From NCBI GenBank assembly GCA_050952645.1, contig JBMNLI010000012.1, positions 256,001 to 320,000 on the forward strand: a stretch of DNA of 64,000 nucleotides, read 5' to 3'. Under the pieces are notes generated by a model. That model had not been told where the DNA came from. It made no database searches and saw only the letters and a list, made by a program, of their open reading frames with translations. The position numbers and the translations under genes were made by a program. Position 1 is the first letter of the stretch, and each line of letters starts with the position of its first letter. This DNA is from Bdellovibrionota bacterium (GTDB lineage Bacteria > Bdellovibrionota_C > UBA2361 > CAKMMH01). Below, in pieces: positions 10,063-21,602 of this stretch.

Positions 10063-10923
10063 ATGGGATGGTTTCTAAGAGATAAAGCACCTAAACCCAC
10101 CACTGGGGGAGAAAGATACAAAGTTCCTGATGATGTTTGGGCGAAGTGTCCTAGTTGCAACGAAATTTTATATACAAAAGAGTTAAGAAAAAACTTGTCT
10201 GTATGTCCTAAGTGTGAGTACCATTTTAGACTTAATTCAAAAGAAAGACTGGATTTAATAGCAGATAGGTTTACTTTTGTAGAGATGAATGAAAATATGC
10301 ACTCTAATGATCCGTTAAATTTCAGAGACACTTGGCGTGGAGTTAGCTATAGAGATAAATTAAGAAAATCTGAAAAGAAATGTAATTATCCATCGGCAGT
10401 AAGAACTGGAAGAGCAAAGATAAATGGAATTTCAGTAATGCTTGGAGTTATGGACTTTAATTTTATGGGTGGAAGTTTAGGGTCTGTGGTTGGTGAAAAG
10501 CTTACCTCCATGATTGAAGAGGCTATAAAAGAAAGGAAACCAGTCGTTATAGTGTCTGCCTCAGGTGGAGCTAGAATGCAAGAGGGGATGATTTCTTTAA
10601 TGCAAATGGCAAAGGTAAGTGCCGCTATTGCTAAGCTTGGAGAAAATAAACTTCCGTATATTTCCGTTTTAACCGATCCGACTACTGGTGGCGTTGCGGC
10701 GTCTTTTGCAATGCTTGGTGATATAAATATCGCTGAGCCTAAAGCTCTTATAGGGTTTGCAGGACCTAGAGTAGTCGAGAAAACGATAAATCAAAAACTT
10801 CCCGAAGGGTTTCAGCGTTCTGAGTTTTTATTAGAACATGGCATGGTCGATTTAATCGTTGAAAGAAGTAAATTAAAAGATAAGATATCTACAATTTTGA
10901 GTCATTTTTCAAATGAAATATAG
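10063..10923 (+). CDS. accD: Acetyl-CoA carboxylase carboxyltransferase beta
   Basis: WAKCPSC…VCPKC zinc ribbon, FMGGSLG, SGGARMQEG, PTTGGV, GFAGPRV. Confidence 0.98.
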   Translation: MGWFLRDKAPKPTTGGERYKVPDDVWAKCPSCNEILYTKELRKNLSVCPKCEYHFRLNSKERLDLIADRFTFVEMNENMHSNDPLNFRDTWRGVSYRDKLRKSEKKCNYPSAVRTGRAKINGISVMLGVMDFNFMGGSLGSVVGEKLTSMIEEAIKERKPVVIVSASGGARMQEGMISLMQMAKVSAAIAKLGENKLPYISVLTDPTTGGVAASFAMLGDINIAEPKALIGFAGPRVVEKTINQKLPEGFQRSEFLLEHGMVDLIVERSKLKDKISTILSHFSNEI

Positions 10924-10966
10924 AAAAATTAAAATTAAATTATTATAAATTATAAGGTATAATTTT

Positions 10967-13468
10967 ATGCGAAAAATATTTTTTTGTTTAGTTGTGCTTT
11001 GTTTGGTTTTATTTACTAAAGATATAAATATAGTATCGGCCATAGAGGTTGAGGCACCGTCTAATAGATATTTATTCAAAAAAGACACTAAGCAATATAA
11101 AAAAGAAAAAAAGCGAAAGATAAAACAGATAATTTCCTCAGAACGACCTGTAGATAAGGCCTTAGATTTTAATTCACCAAATATAGAATTTCTTCAAGAT
11201 GCAAATCAAGTAAGAGGCTCCGGGGGAGTGATAATTTCACACTATGGAATGGGTGCGCAGTCTGATGTTGCGGTTGCTAATTTAAAAACGAAAGATGCTA
11301 TATTGTTTAATGACGTGCTTTTCACGATGGACGAAGCATCGATTACAGCAAGAGAGGCAGATTTTAATTTTGATAGCGAGAAGGGAAGCTTTAGTAATTC
11401 AGAGTTAGTAATAGAAGAAGGAAACTATAAGTTTTCTTCCGATAAGTTAAAGAAAGTAGATGATGATAATTTTGAAGCTAGTAAGTGTGCTTTTTCCTCT
11501 TGTCATTGTTTAGAAAGCAAAGACCCTTGGAGTATAAAAGCCGATAATTTAAAGATCACAAGGGAGGGGTATGCAAGGGGCTGGAATGCAAGTTTTAATT
11601 TAAACGATGTGCCAGTAGTTTACTTGCCTTATGTCGCTTTTCCAGTTAAGCAAGAAAGAAGCTCAGGGCTTTTAATTCCTGAATTTAGCCATAGTAGTAA
11701 AGATGGCTTTGGTTATAAACAGCCAGTTTTTTTTGCTCTAACCGATCAAACCGATATAACCATATCTCCATTTGTGCAAACTAAAACTAGGGCAGGTTCT
11801 GCTTTCGATTTTAGAACTGCTTTTTCAGAGAGAAATAATGTAAAGAGTAGATTTTATTTTTCAGACGAAAGTAGTAGAGATGGAGATTTAAGAGGGTTAG
11901 ACGTCTCGGGAATGACAGACCCTAATTTTGATGAAAATAGGTTTGCAGCTTTTTATAATCAAGCTTGGACTAGTAAAAAGGGAGCGAGCATTCCTACTAC
12001 CTTAGTTTCAGATATCCATTATGCTAGCGATGATTTATTTATTAGAGAAATTGAAGATAATGATATAGGAGAAAGCACTTCTTCTTATTTAACTTCAAAA
12101 GTAGCACTAACGACATCACCTCTAGATTTTTTAGTAGCTGGAGTTTCTTCTGAATATAACCAAGCGATGTATACCGATGATGATTTAGTATTTCAAAGAT
12201 TGCCTGAGTTTACAGTAAATTCGCTAAATAATTTTAGACCTTTTGGGCATAATCCTTATGGTCTTAAGTTGGTATTTAAAAACGATTTATCTGCGACTAA
12301 TTTTTCAAGAAAAGAAGGCTATGAAGGTTGGCGCACTAGTTTAATTCCATCTATAAAAATGCCGTTTCATTATAAAAACTATTTCGATAGTGCTTTTCAA
12401 GTTTCTTACAATTACGCAAATTATAGTTTATCTGAAAAGAAGATCCCTGGCTCTAATATTTCTTATGATGAGCAAGGAAATAGTATAGAAACCGATGTTT
12501 TTAAAGAGTTTGATTCTGGGTCTAGAAGTATTCCTATTTTCGATTACAAAATAGGAACTGGAGTAGAAAAGGTTTATAACACTGATGAAGATTCCATTCT
12601 TGCTAGACTTACAACGCTAGGTGCCGACAACTCGGGAGCGATGCTAAAAAGGCTAAAAAATACGATAGAGCCATCGGTTAGCTACAAGTATGTTCCTGAT
12701 GTAGACCAAGACGATCTGCCGTATTTTGATTCTAATGATAGAATGCGAAAGGCAGGAGTGGTTACTTACCAAGTAAAAACGTCTCTATTTGGTAGATATA
12801 TGCCAAGGTATGCAGTATCGGAAAAAATTAGCGAGCTTACTCCTGAGCTAAAAGATTTACCTTTAATCGACACTGGTGAGCTTGGAAGTTTAGGAGAGGC
12901 GTCTGCTTATAATATGCCAAGGATGGATTACACTTTTGAAAAAGGCTCGATTCGTGAACTTATGGCTTTTACGTTAAAGCAAAGTTATGACCATACTATC
13001 GACGAGGAAATAGATGGCACGGATAATATGTCTGATATAGAAGCAGATTTAGATTTATATTTTAGTAATTATTTTGCTACTAAATTAGAGAGTAATATAG
13101 ATAATGATTCTGGGTCTATAAATTCTTATGGTATTTCTGCTTACTTAAAAGATGATAGGGGAGATGTTTTTAAACTTAGGTATTCGTTTTTAGACGATGT
13201 TCTCGAGCAGCTCGAAGGAAATATCGAACTAGCTTGGACAGATCGTTTTAGAACTGGTTATTATACTAGGTACGATGTCGACTCTAGCGATTTTATCGAG
13301 CAACAGATAGCATTTAGAATTATGAGTGCTTGTGATTGTTGGCATATAGATTTAGGGCTAAGCGATAAGACTAATCCAGATAGAAAAAAAGTGATATTAA
13401 GTTTTGCATTAGGAGATTTAGGAGGACTTACTCAATCTTTTGGTGTGGGAAATGATACGAATAGATAA
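10967..13468 (+). CDS. lptD: LPS assembly outer-membrane protein LptD
   Basis: Signal peptide, FSSCHC…PWSIKA, VPVVYLPYVAFP…RSSGLLIP and C-terminal CDCW beta-barrel end. Confidence 0.9.
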   Translation: MRKIFFCLVVLCLVLFTKDINIVSAIEVEAPSNRYLFKKDTKQYKKEKKRKIKQIISSERPVDKALDFNSPNIEFLQDANQVRGSGGVIISHYGMGAQSDVAVANLKTKDAILFNDVLFTMDEASITAREADFNFDSEKGSFSNSELVIEEGNYKFSSDKLKKVDDDNFEASKCAFSSCHCLESKDPWSIKADNLKITREGYARGWNASFNLNDVPVVYLPYVAFPVKQERSSGLLIPEFSHSSKDGFGYKQPVFFALTDQTDITISPFVQTKTRAGSAFDFRTAFSERNNVKSRFYFSDESSRDGDLRGLDVSGMTDPNFDENRFAAFYNQAWTSKKGASIPTTLVSDIHYASDDLFIREIEDNDIGESTSSYLTSKVALTTSPLDFLVAGVSSEYNQAMYTDDDLVFQRLPEFTVNSLNNFRPFGHNPYGLKLVFKNDLSATNFSRKEGYEGWRTSLIPSIKMPFHYKNYFDSAFQVSYNYANYSLSEKKIPGSNISYDEQGNSIETDVFKEFDSGSRSIPIFDYKIGTGVEKVYNTDEDSILARLTTLGADNSGAMLKRLKNTIEPSVSYKYVPDVDQDDLPYFDSNDRMRKAGVVTYQVKTSLFGRYMPRYAVSEKISELTPELKDLPLIDTGELGSLGEASAYNMPRMDYTFEKGSIRELMAFTLKQSYDHTIDEEIDGTDNMSDIEADLDLYFSNYFATKLESNIDNDSGSINSYGISAYLKDDRGDVFKLRYSFLDDVLEQLEGNIELAWTDRFRTGYYTRYDVDSSDFIEQQIAFRIMSACDCWHIDLGLSDKTNPDRKKVILSFALGDLGGLTQSFGVGNDTNR

Positions 13469-13553
13469 GATTTTTTAATTTCGAGATCTTAAACCACGCT
13501 TTAAGCGTGTAGAGCTATTTTTTAAAAAAGTTTTTTAAAGGAGTTAGCTACAG

Positions 13554-13868
13554 ATGGAAGATAATATATCGGCACAAGATAAAGTTTTAATACTTAAAAA
13601 GCATTTATTAGATGGCGTTCCTATTTCAGAGTTGTGTAAGGAGTATGAGATAGATGTGCAAGATTTCTATAAATGGCAAAAGGTGCTATTTGAGCAAGGC
13701 TCTAAAGTTTTTAAAAATAAAACAAAACAAGACCGCTTAGAAAAAAAGATTGACAAATTAGAGGAAAAGATAGCTAAACGTGAAGACGCTATAGCAGAGC
13801 TACAAAAAGCTAATAAAGCGTTAAGGGAAATTCAGTTTAACGACATCATTTTAGGGCAAGGCTTATAA
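13554..13868 (+). CDS. Transposase-type HTH plus coiled coil (IS3 OrfA-like), stand-alone
   Basis: KVLILKKHLLDGVPISELCKEYEI…FYKWQK.LFEQG followed by a leucine-zipper-like segment; AAGGAG RBS. Confidence 0.65.
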   Translation: MEDNISAQDKVLILKKHLLDGVPISELCKEYEIDVQDFYKWQKVLFEQGSKVFKNKTKQDRLEKKIDKLEEKIAKREDAIAELQKANKALREIQFNDIILGQGL

Positions 13869-13940
13869 CTAAAAAAATGTCGTTATTATTTTGATTTTTT
13901 AAAATTAAGTAAAATTAAACAATAAAGGAATTTTTTATTT

Positions 13941-14966
13941 ATGAATATTATAGTTACTGGTGGCGCTGGGTTTATAGGAAGTAATTTCGTATATTTTCTA
14001 TTAAAGAATAGGAAAGAGTGGAATATAACCGTTATAGATGATCTAACTTATGCTGGAAATTTAGAAAACATAGCAAAGTTGATAGATGATAATAAGATAA
14101 AGTTTATAAAAGCTAATATCGTTGATGGTAAAAAAATCGATGAGTGTTTTGAAGCTTTAAAACCTGATTACGTAGTTAATTTTGCCGCTGAAACACACGT
14201 AGATAGATCTATATTAAGTGCAGCTGAGTTTGTAAGCACAAACGTGCTTGGAACTCAAGTGTTATTAAATGCTAGCATGGCGCATGGAGCAAAAAGATAC
14301 GTTCAGATTTCTACAGATGAGGTCTACGGAGCTCTTGGAAAAGAGGGTTCATTTTATGAACACACTCCATTAAACCCAACTAGTCCATATTCTGCATCGA
14401 AAGCAGGGGCAGATTTTTTAGTAAATGCTTTTTTTAAAACTTATAGTCTAGATGTATGTATAACTAGATGCACTAATAATTATGGACCATACCAATTTCC
14501 AGAAAAGCTTATTCCTTTATTTTTAACTAACGCACTAGATGATAAAGACTTGCCGCTTTATGGTGATGGTATGAATGTTAGAAGTTGGATATACGTAGAT
14601 GATCATTTAGATGCCATTTTAAAGGTTCTTGAAAATGGGAGAGCAGGAGAGGTTTATAATATTGGTGGCTCGGTTGAAGCAGAGATCCCTAATAAGATAG
14701 TTGCAGAAAAGATATTAAAAATTATAGGAAAACCTACTAGTTTAATAAAGTATGTAAAAGATAGGGTGGGGCATGATTTTAGATATTCAGTAGATTGCAC
14801 TAAGATAAAGAATGAATTAGGTTGGGAGCCTAAAATAAATTTTGAAGACGGATTGCAAAAAACGATTAATTGGTATTTAGAAAACGAAAATTGGTGGAAA
14901 AAGGTAAAAAGTGCTGAATATCAAGCTTACTATGAGTTAAATTATAAGGATAGGTTTGAAAAATAA
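13941..14966 (+). CDS. rfbB: dTDP-glucose 4,6-dehydratase
   Basis: GGAGFIGSNF, LTYAGN, AAETHVDRSI, STDEVYG, SPYSASKA, NNYGPYQFPEKLIP. Confidence 0.97.
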   Translation: MNIIVTGGAGFIGSNFVYFLLKNRKEWNITVIDDLTYAGNLENIAKLIDDNKIKFIKANIVDGKKIDECFEALKPDYVVNFAAETHVDRSILSAAEFVSTNVLGTQVLLNASMAHGAKRYVQISTDEVYGALGKEGSFYEHTPLNPTSPYSASKAGADFLVNAFFKTYSLDVCITRCTNNYGPYQFPEKLIPLFLTNALDDKDLPLYGDGMNVRSWIYVDDHLDAILKVLENGRAGEVYNIGGSVEAEIPNKIVAEKILKIIGKPTSLIKYVKDRVGHDFRYSVDCTKIKNELGWEPKINFEDGLQKTINWYLENENWWKKVKSAEYQAYYELNYKDRFEK

Positions 14967-15030
14967 GTATAAATAGTATATTTTTACTAATGTTTTATTA
15001 AATTTAATTTATTAAATTTTTATTAAAAAA

Positions 15031-15999
15031 GTGCGATGTATGAGTTTAGGAACAACGAGTTTAAAAACAAAGAAGAGTAGTTCGGGAGTAGATTATTTAA
15101 TAACTGGTGCTAACGGTCAGTTAGGAAGAGAGCTACAAGATAAATTATCACCACTAAAAAATGTAAGTTTTGAAGCTTTTAGTAGAGAGGGGCTAGATAT
15201 AACTAACCCTACACAACTTGAAGAAGCCGTTGATAAATATAATCCAGAATATATCATAAACTGCGCTGCCTTTACAGCAGTAGATTCAGCTGAAAGTGGC
15301 GAAGGACAAAAGCAATGTGAAGAAATAAATCATAAAGCGGTTGAACGTTTAGCAAATTTAGCAATAAAATATGGTTTTAAATTAATTCATATATCTACAG
15401 ATTATGTTTTTGGTAGAAGAGAAGGTCCCGCATTAACTGAGGAGGATGAAACTCAGCCTTTAAATGTTTATGGAAAAACGAAGCTATTAGGAGAAGAGGC
15501 TATAAGAAAGGCTTTAACTTTAAAAGATAAAAATAATTATCTTATCGTTAGAACTTCTTCAGTTCACGGGCAATACGGCAAGAATTTCGTTAAGACTATG
15601 ATAAGAAAATTACTTGAAGAAGATGAGATAACTGTAGTAGGCGATCAAATTATGAACCCTACTTATGCAGGATATTTAGCAGATACTATTTTAGAGCTTA
15701 ATAATAAAGGAGCTACTGGGACATTTAACGTGTCGAATACTGGAGAAATTTCTTGGTATGATTTTGTTCTAGAAATAAGAGATTGTTTATCTCAAGTTAA
15801 GCCTGAAGTAATGGGTGTAATAATTAAACGTTGTACGAGTAAAGAGTTTCAAGAAAAGGCAAATAGGCTCGTTGCAGATAGGCCTGAATACTCGGCGTTT
15901 AAATTAACTAAGCTAGAAGATTTTTTAAAGAAAAAAGCGATGACTTGGCAAGGTGGTTTAAAAGAGCATTTTAATGATCTTGGATATATGGTAAAATAA
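15031..15999 (+). CDS. rfbD: dTDP-4-dehydrorhamnose reductase
   Basis: GANGQLG, NCAAFTAVD.AE, HISTDYVF, YGKTKL.GE, RP.YS. The exact start may be the ATG at 15040. Confidence 0.93.
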   Translation: MRCMSLGTTSLKTKKSSSGVDYLITGANGQLGRELQDKLSPLKNVSFEAFSREGLDITNPTQLEEAVDKYNPEYIINCAAFTAVDSAESGEGQKQCEEINHKAVERLANLAIKYGFKLIHISTDYVFGRREGPALTEEDETQPLNVYGKTKLLGEEAIRKALTLKDKNNYLIVRTSSVHGQYGKNFVKTMIRKLLEEDEITVVGDQIMNPTYAGYLADTILELNNKGATGTFNVSNTGEISWYDFVLEIRDCLSQVKPEVMGVIIKRCTSKEFQEKANRLVADRPEYSAFKLTKLEDFLKKKAMTWQGGLKEHFNDLGYMVK

Positions 16000-16045
16000 G
16001 TTTGTTTTTTGGATTATTTAATTATTAGTAGGAGATTAAAAATTT

Positions 16046-17113
16046 ATGAATCCTAACGTATACATGGTTATAATGGCAGGAGGTGGTGGAACTCGCTTCT
16101 GGCCTTTAGGTAAAAAAGCGATGCCTAAACAATTTTTATCAATTTCTAAAAATGGCGTAAGCATGATAGCAAATACTGCTAACAGAGCAAAAAGATTTAC
16201 TAATAATGATGTTCACGTAGTAACTAATAAAAAATATGCAGACTTAGTAAGGTCTCATATAAATAATGCTAGGATTATTTGTGAGCCAGTAGCTAAAAAC
16301 ACGGCTCCTCCTATCGGGCTTGCAGCCTTATATTTATTAAAACAAAACAAAGATGCCATTATGATAGTTTGCCCATCTGATCACGTGATAAAAAATTTAG
16401 ATAAACTAATAGAAATTTATAAAGAGGCTATTGCTCTAGCGGAAAGTAGAAAGACGCTTATAACAATAGGCGTAACTCCAGAGTATCCTCATACGGGCTA
16501 TGGTTATATAAAAATGGGTGAGCATATTTCTAATAATTCTTATACGGTAGAGAGGTTTGTTGAAAAGCCAAAGTTAGAATTAGCTAAGGAATATATTGCA
16601 ACTAAAAAGTATTTATGGAATAGTGGAATTTTTGTATGGCGTGCAGACGTTATTTTAAGGAAAATAAAAGAGTATATGCCTAACCTTTATGAAAATTTAA
16701 TGGTTATAAATGAGGCTATCGGCACACCTAATGAAAATAGCGTAATTGAAGAGTATTTCCCTAAGATTGAAGCACAAAGTATTGACTATGGTGTTATGGA
16801 AAAAGCTAAAGACGTTTGCATAGTAAAAGCGGATAATTTGTGTTGGAATGATGTTGGCTCTTTAAAAGAGTGGGGAGATAATTTTAGCAAAGATAGTGAT
16901 GGCAATGTAAATGTTGGAAATGGTCTTCTTATCAATACTAAAAACTCTATTTGTTTTGCTGAAAGTGATATTCCTACATTTTTATTAAATGTGGAAAATG
17001 TTATAGTAGTAAACACTGGTAAGGAGGTTTTAGTTTGTGATAAGGATACTTCGCAAGATGTTAAGCTTATAGTAGAAGAGCTTAAAAAACAAAATAGAGA
17101 GGATTTGCTTTAA
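16046..17113 (+). CDS. manC: Mannose-1-phosphate guanylyltransferase
   Basis: MAGGGGTRFWP…PKQFL, EP.AKNTAP, PSDH, TGYGYI, FVEKP, WNSGIF, SIDYGVME, WNDVGS. Confidence 0.95.
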   Translation: MNPNVYMVIMAGGGGTRFWPLGKKAMPKQFLSISKNGVSMIANTANRAKRFTNNDVHVVTNKKYADLVRSHINNARIICEPVAKNTAPPIGLAALYLLKQNKDAIMIVCPSDHVIKNLDKLIEIYKEAIALAESRKTLITIGVTPEYPHTGYGYIKMGEHISNNSYTVERFVEKPKLELAKEYIATKKYLWNSGIFVWRADVILRKIKEYMPNLYENLMVINEAIGTPNENSVIEEYFPKIEAQSIDYGVMEKAKDVCIVKADNLCWNDVGSLKEWGDNFSKDSDGNVNVGNGLLINTKNSICFAESDIPTFLLNVENVIVVNTGKEVLVCDKDTSQDVKLIVEELKKQNREDLL

Positions 17114-17165
17114 GGATTTATTATAAAATTATAGTTTTTTAAGTTTTAAGTATTTTATATTTAGC

Positions 17166-17212
17166 AAAATTTTTTTAAAGCTAATTTTCTTTAAGGCTTC
17201 GTGGGTGTGGGA
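17166..17212 (-). repeat. Internal fragment of MITE family B
   Basis: The reverse complement resembles CACCCCACAAAGCCTAAAAGAAAATTGACTTTAAAGAAATTT at about 44157-44198. Confidence 0.5.
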
Positions 17213-17252
17213 GACTTGAGAAGTAGAATTTTTATTTGTAGACTTAATTTAA

Positions 17253-18263
<1,011 letters not shown>

Positions 18264-18609
18264 GCGGTGAAAAATAACTCAAAGTAAGCTTGTATCGTAC
18301 TTATAGACTTATATTTACGCTTTTTGCTTGTCTTAGATTATTATATGCGTTTATAATGCTCTTAAAAGTATGCTAAAGTTTTGTTTCTACTTGGTTTTCT
18401 TATAGTTTTAGTTAGTTTTTATAGAATAGTTTCAAATTTTAAGAATTTGATATATAATAAATCTCTTTTACTAGAAAAGAAAATCTTGTTTTATAGATTT
18501 TGTTTTTTAATAAAGAGACTTAAAAGAAAATTTTAATCTTTAGAAAGTTTAACAAGGATAAGTTTTATTAAGATTAAAAAGTAGTAAAATTATAAAGGAA
18601 TATAATTAT

Positions 18610-20436
18610 ATGACTGAAGATAAGAAAAAGGATAAGAAAACTCCTACCGAAATTATTACCGATGGAGAAACGGTTTTTCATCCAAAGGTTTGGGGAGGAG
18701 AATATTGGATCGTTAATAAGGAATACTGTGGTAAAAAATTAATTCTCAATAAGGGTTATCGTTGCAGTTCGCATCACCATCAGATTAAAGATGAAACTTT
18801 TTTTATTATTTCCGGAAAAGTTTTAATGGAAATAGGTGATGAGCGTAAAATATTAAATGTTGGAGATAAGCAGTATATTCCAATAGGTGTTAACCATAGA
18901 TTTACGGGGCTTGAAGATAGTGAGATAATTGAATTTTCTACTCATCATATGGAAGATGATAGTTATAGGGAAACGGAATCGGAGAAAGTTCCTGAAGATG
19001 AGTTTAATAAGCTTTTAACTGAAGAATGGGATAGCTACGTAAATATAAGTGCGTTTAAGCGCATGAATATGCTTGTTATAGGCGATGTGATGTTAGATGT
19101 GTATCAAAGCGGTGTAGTAGAAAGACTGATGCCCGATTCGCCTAATGCTATCGTAAAAATAACTAATGTCGATTATTTTCTAGGTGGCATGGGAAATCTA
19201 ACATCTAACTTAAAGAGTTTAGGAGGAGACGTAACTGTAATTTCTGCTGTTGGAAAAGATGAGCACGCAAACAAAGTCCGTGAGGTATTAGACAGTAAAA
19301 AAATAACTGGTAAACTTTATGTGGTAGATGAGCCAACGATTTCTAAGATAAATATTTTTGGTACTAGACCAGGGGCAGAAAGCCAAAAAATGTTAAGGAT
19401 TGATATTGAAGAGCCTATAAAGTTATCTAAAAAAATGGAAGATGAAATTATTTCTTATATAGATGGTAATATTTCTAAATTTAATGCATTAGTAATATCC
19501 GATTATAATAAGGGAATGTGCACAGAGAGAGTTTGTAAGGAAGCTATAAAGATAGCAAGAAAGAATAATATTCCATCTATTGTAGACCCAAAAGGTAAAA
19601 ACTGGGATAAATATAGTGGTGCTACTATAGCTAAGCCAAATATCGCAGAGCTATCGGCTGCATTAGGAAAGACTGTAGATAATGATAATGATAAGCAAGT
19701 CTCAGAATGTGGAAGAGAGCTTTTAGAAAAGGCCGATATGGATTATTTATTAGTATCTCGCTCTGAAAATGGCGTAACGCTATGCTCGAAAAATCTATTT
19801 GAAGAATTTTCACTATTACCTAGTTCAGATAAGGTATTAAATGTAGCTGGTGTAGGTGATACGATGGTAGCGGCTCTTTCGCTAGCACTAGCATCTAAGA
19901 TGTCTATAAGAAATGCCGTTAATGTATCTAATATAGCGGCAGGCTGTGCTTGTGCGAAAATGGAGGTAGCATCGATAGATTTTGATGAATTAAATTATAG
20001 GCTAGCATTAAGAGCTAGTGATTCAAAGATAGTAGATGTAAGCGTAATAAAACCTCTAGTAGAATTTTTAAAGAAATCTGGAGAGAAGATAGTGTTTACG
20101 AATGGTTATTATGATGTGATAAATAATAATCATATAGAACATTTCAAGCAAGCTAAAGCTTTAGGTGATGTTTTAATAGTTGGGGTAAATTCAGATATTT
20201 CTGCAAAAAATAATCAGATAAAATTGTTTAATAATGAAATGTCTAGACTTTCTTTCTTATCTAATATTTCGATAATAGACTACCTAGTATCGTTCGATTC
20301 TAGTAATCCAAATAATTTACTTGAACAAATCTGGCCAGATGTAATAGTAAAAGGCGGTAATTACAAGAAAGAAGAGATTGTAGGTAGAGAGTACGCTAAG
20401 GAAGCCGTTATCTTGCCTTACGTAAGTAATAGGTAA
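18610..20436 (+). CDS. Cupin domain fused to HldE-like heptose kinase/adenylyltransferase
   Basis: N-terminal PKVWGGE.WI…SSHHH.IKDETF…HRF cupin; PfkB domain IGDVMLD…SDYNKG…VDPK…GVGDT; C-terminal VFTNG…LIVGVNSD…PDVIVKGG.Y. Confidence 0.85.
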   Translation: MTEDKKKDKKTPTEIITDGETVFHPKVWGGEYWIVNKEYCGKKLILNKGYRCSSHHHQIKDETFFIISGKVLMEIGDERKILNVGDKQYIPIGVNHRFTGLEDSEIIEFSTHHMEDDSYRETESEKVPEDEFNKLLTEEWDSYVNISAFKRMNMLVIGDVMLDVYQSGVVERLMPDSPNAIVKITNVDYFLGGMGNLTSNLKSLGGDVTVISAVGKDEHANKVREVLDSKKITGKLYVVDEPTISKINIFGTRPGAESQKMLRIDIEEPIKLSKKMEDEIISYIDGNISKFNALVISDYNKGMCTERVCKEAIKIARKNNIPSIVDPKGKNWDKYSGATIAKPNIAELSAALGKTVDNDNDKQVSECGRELLEKADMDYLLVSRSENGVTLCSKNLFEEFSLLPSSDKVLNVAGVGDTMVAALSLALASKMSIRNAVNVSNIAAGCACAKMEVASIDFDELNYRLALRASDSKIVDVSVIKPLVEFLKKSGEKIVFTNGYYDVINNNHIEHFKQAKALGDVLIVGVNSDISAKNNQIKLFNNEMSRLSFLSNISIIDYLVSFDSSNPNNLLEQIWPDVIVKGGNYKKEEIVGREYAKEAVILPYVSNR

Positions 20437-20454
20437 AACAAGTAGGTAAAACCC

Positions 20455-20656
20455 AAACTTTCCCTTGTTTTACGTATAAATTTTAACTTTATAACATACT
20501 CAAAATAATTTAAGAAAAGTTTAGAAACACTTACATAAATTGTTAAACGTAGCATACGTAAATACGTATTCTTTAGGAAACAACAAATAACAAGTCTTTA
20601 AGTTTTAAGTTTTGAACTCTTAAAAAACATAGTATACGTAAAACAAGGGAAAGTTT
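20455..20656. mobile_element. MITE-like element, family A (202 bp)
   Basis: Perfect 24-bp terminal inverted repeats AAACTTTCCCTTGTTTTACGTATA; non-coding; inverted homolog at 40238-40443. Confidence 0.8.
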
Positions 20657-20683
20657 AAGGCAAAATATAAGATAAAAAAGGGC

Positions 20684-20725
20684 AAAAAAAAACGCCTATC
20701 TTAATAATATAAAGATAAGCGTTTT
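20684..20725 (-). terminator. Intrinsic terminator of orphan ORF 20791-21276
   Basis: AAAACGCCTATCTT…AAGATAAGCGTTTT hairpin with a T-run on the minus strand. Confidence 0.65.
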
Positions 20726-20790
20726 GTGTATTTCCTTAAAATCTAGGAGGTTAGTTTCCCTCGCACTAGTTTTCTTGCCGTAGAAAGACG

Positions 20791-21276
20791 CTAGGAGGCA
20801 TTAGTGAGCTTGAAAAATACTCCACTAGCTGGTTTGTTTGACCCGTCGGCGTAAGGCACTCGACTATTAGATCTTCCATTTCTCTGCAACACAAAGTCTA
20901 CCGGCCAAGTGATAGCAACCGAGCTATTTAAAGTAGCCCCCACACCATTTTCGACTAATCCTACCAAGTAGTCGAATTTAGGAAGATAGCCTTCTCCTTT
21001 AACGTAAAAAACGCGGGGTTCGTCCCTCGACGAAGGCGTTTTGGAAATTGAACCAACAGCAGCTTTCGGGAGGTAAATTGCGATCGTTTGGTCCATAATA
21101 TAGAGCTTGTTGAATTTCCTCCAATTTCTTTCATCGGGGTAAAATCCTCTAAGATAGTCTTCGTCGCTTTGGTTTAGGTCGCCTCTAAGGCATTCGATCA
21201 CTTCTTGTGCGATCTCTTCTCGTGCGATCTCTTTTCGTGCGATCTCTTTTCGTGCGAGTTCCAGTGTTAGAATCAT
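20791..21276 (-). CDS. Hypothetical protein (orphan; EIARK x3 repeat; VFYVKGEG motif)
   Basis: 161-aa ORF with a strong AAGGAGG RBS and its own terminator. Confidence 0.75.
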   Translation of the reverse strand: MILTLELARKEIARKEIAREEIAQEVIECLRGDLNQSDEDYLRGFYPDERNWRKFNKLYIMDQTIAIYLPKAAVGSISKTPSSRDEPRVFYVKGEGYLPKFDYLVGLVENGVGATLNSSVAITWPVDFVLQRNGRSNSRVPYADGSNKPASGVFFKLTNAS

Positions 21277-21602
21277 TGTCCTAACCTCCTTTTGTGCAAG
21301 GATAACTTATATAACATAAAGCAGTTTTTGCTATAAGTGCAAAATCTCTGCTTACCATCTCTAAGGAACTTTAAGTTTCCTAAAAAACCTGCTATTGCAA
21401 ATAGTCTATTTTAAGTTATTGCAAAAGCAATAAAGTTAAATATAACATACATTTTATTTAAAAACAAAATTTTTTCCAAATTATTTATTTAAATTTAGTG
21501 AAATATAAAAGACTTAAAATGGTTCGAAAGTTTCTAAAGCAAATCTTAAATTTAAAGAAAATTCTCGCTAGCTTTGCAAGCTTTACTTAAAACGTGAATA
21601 AA

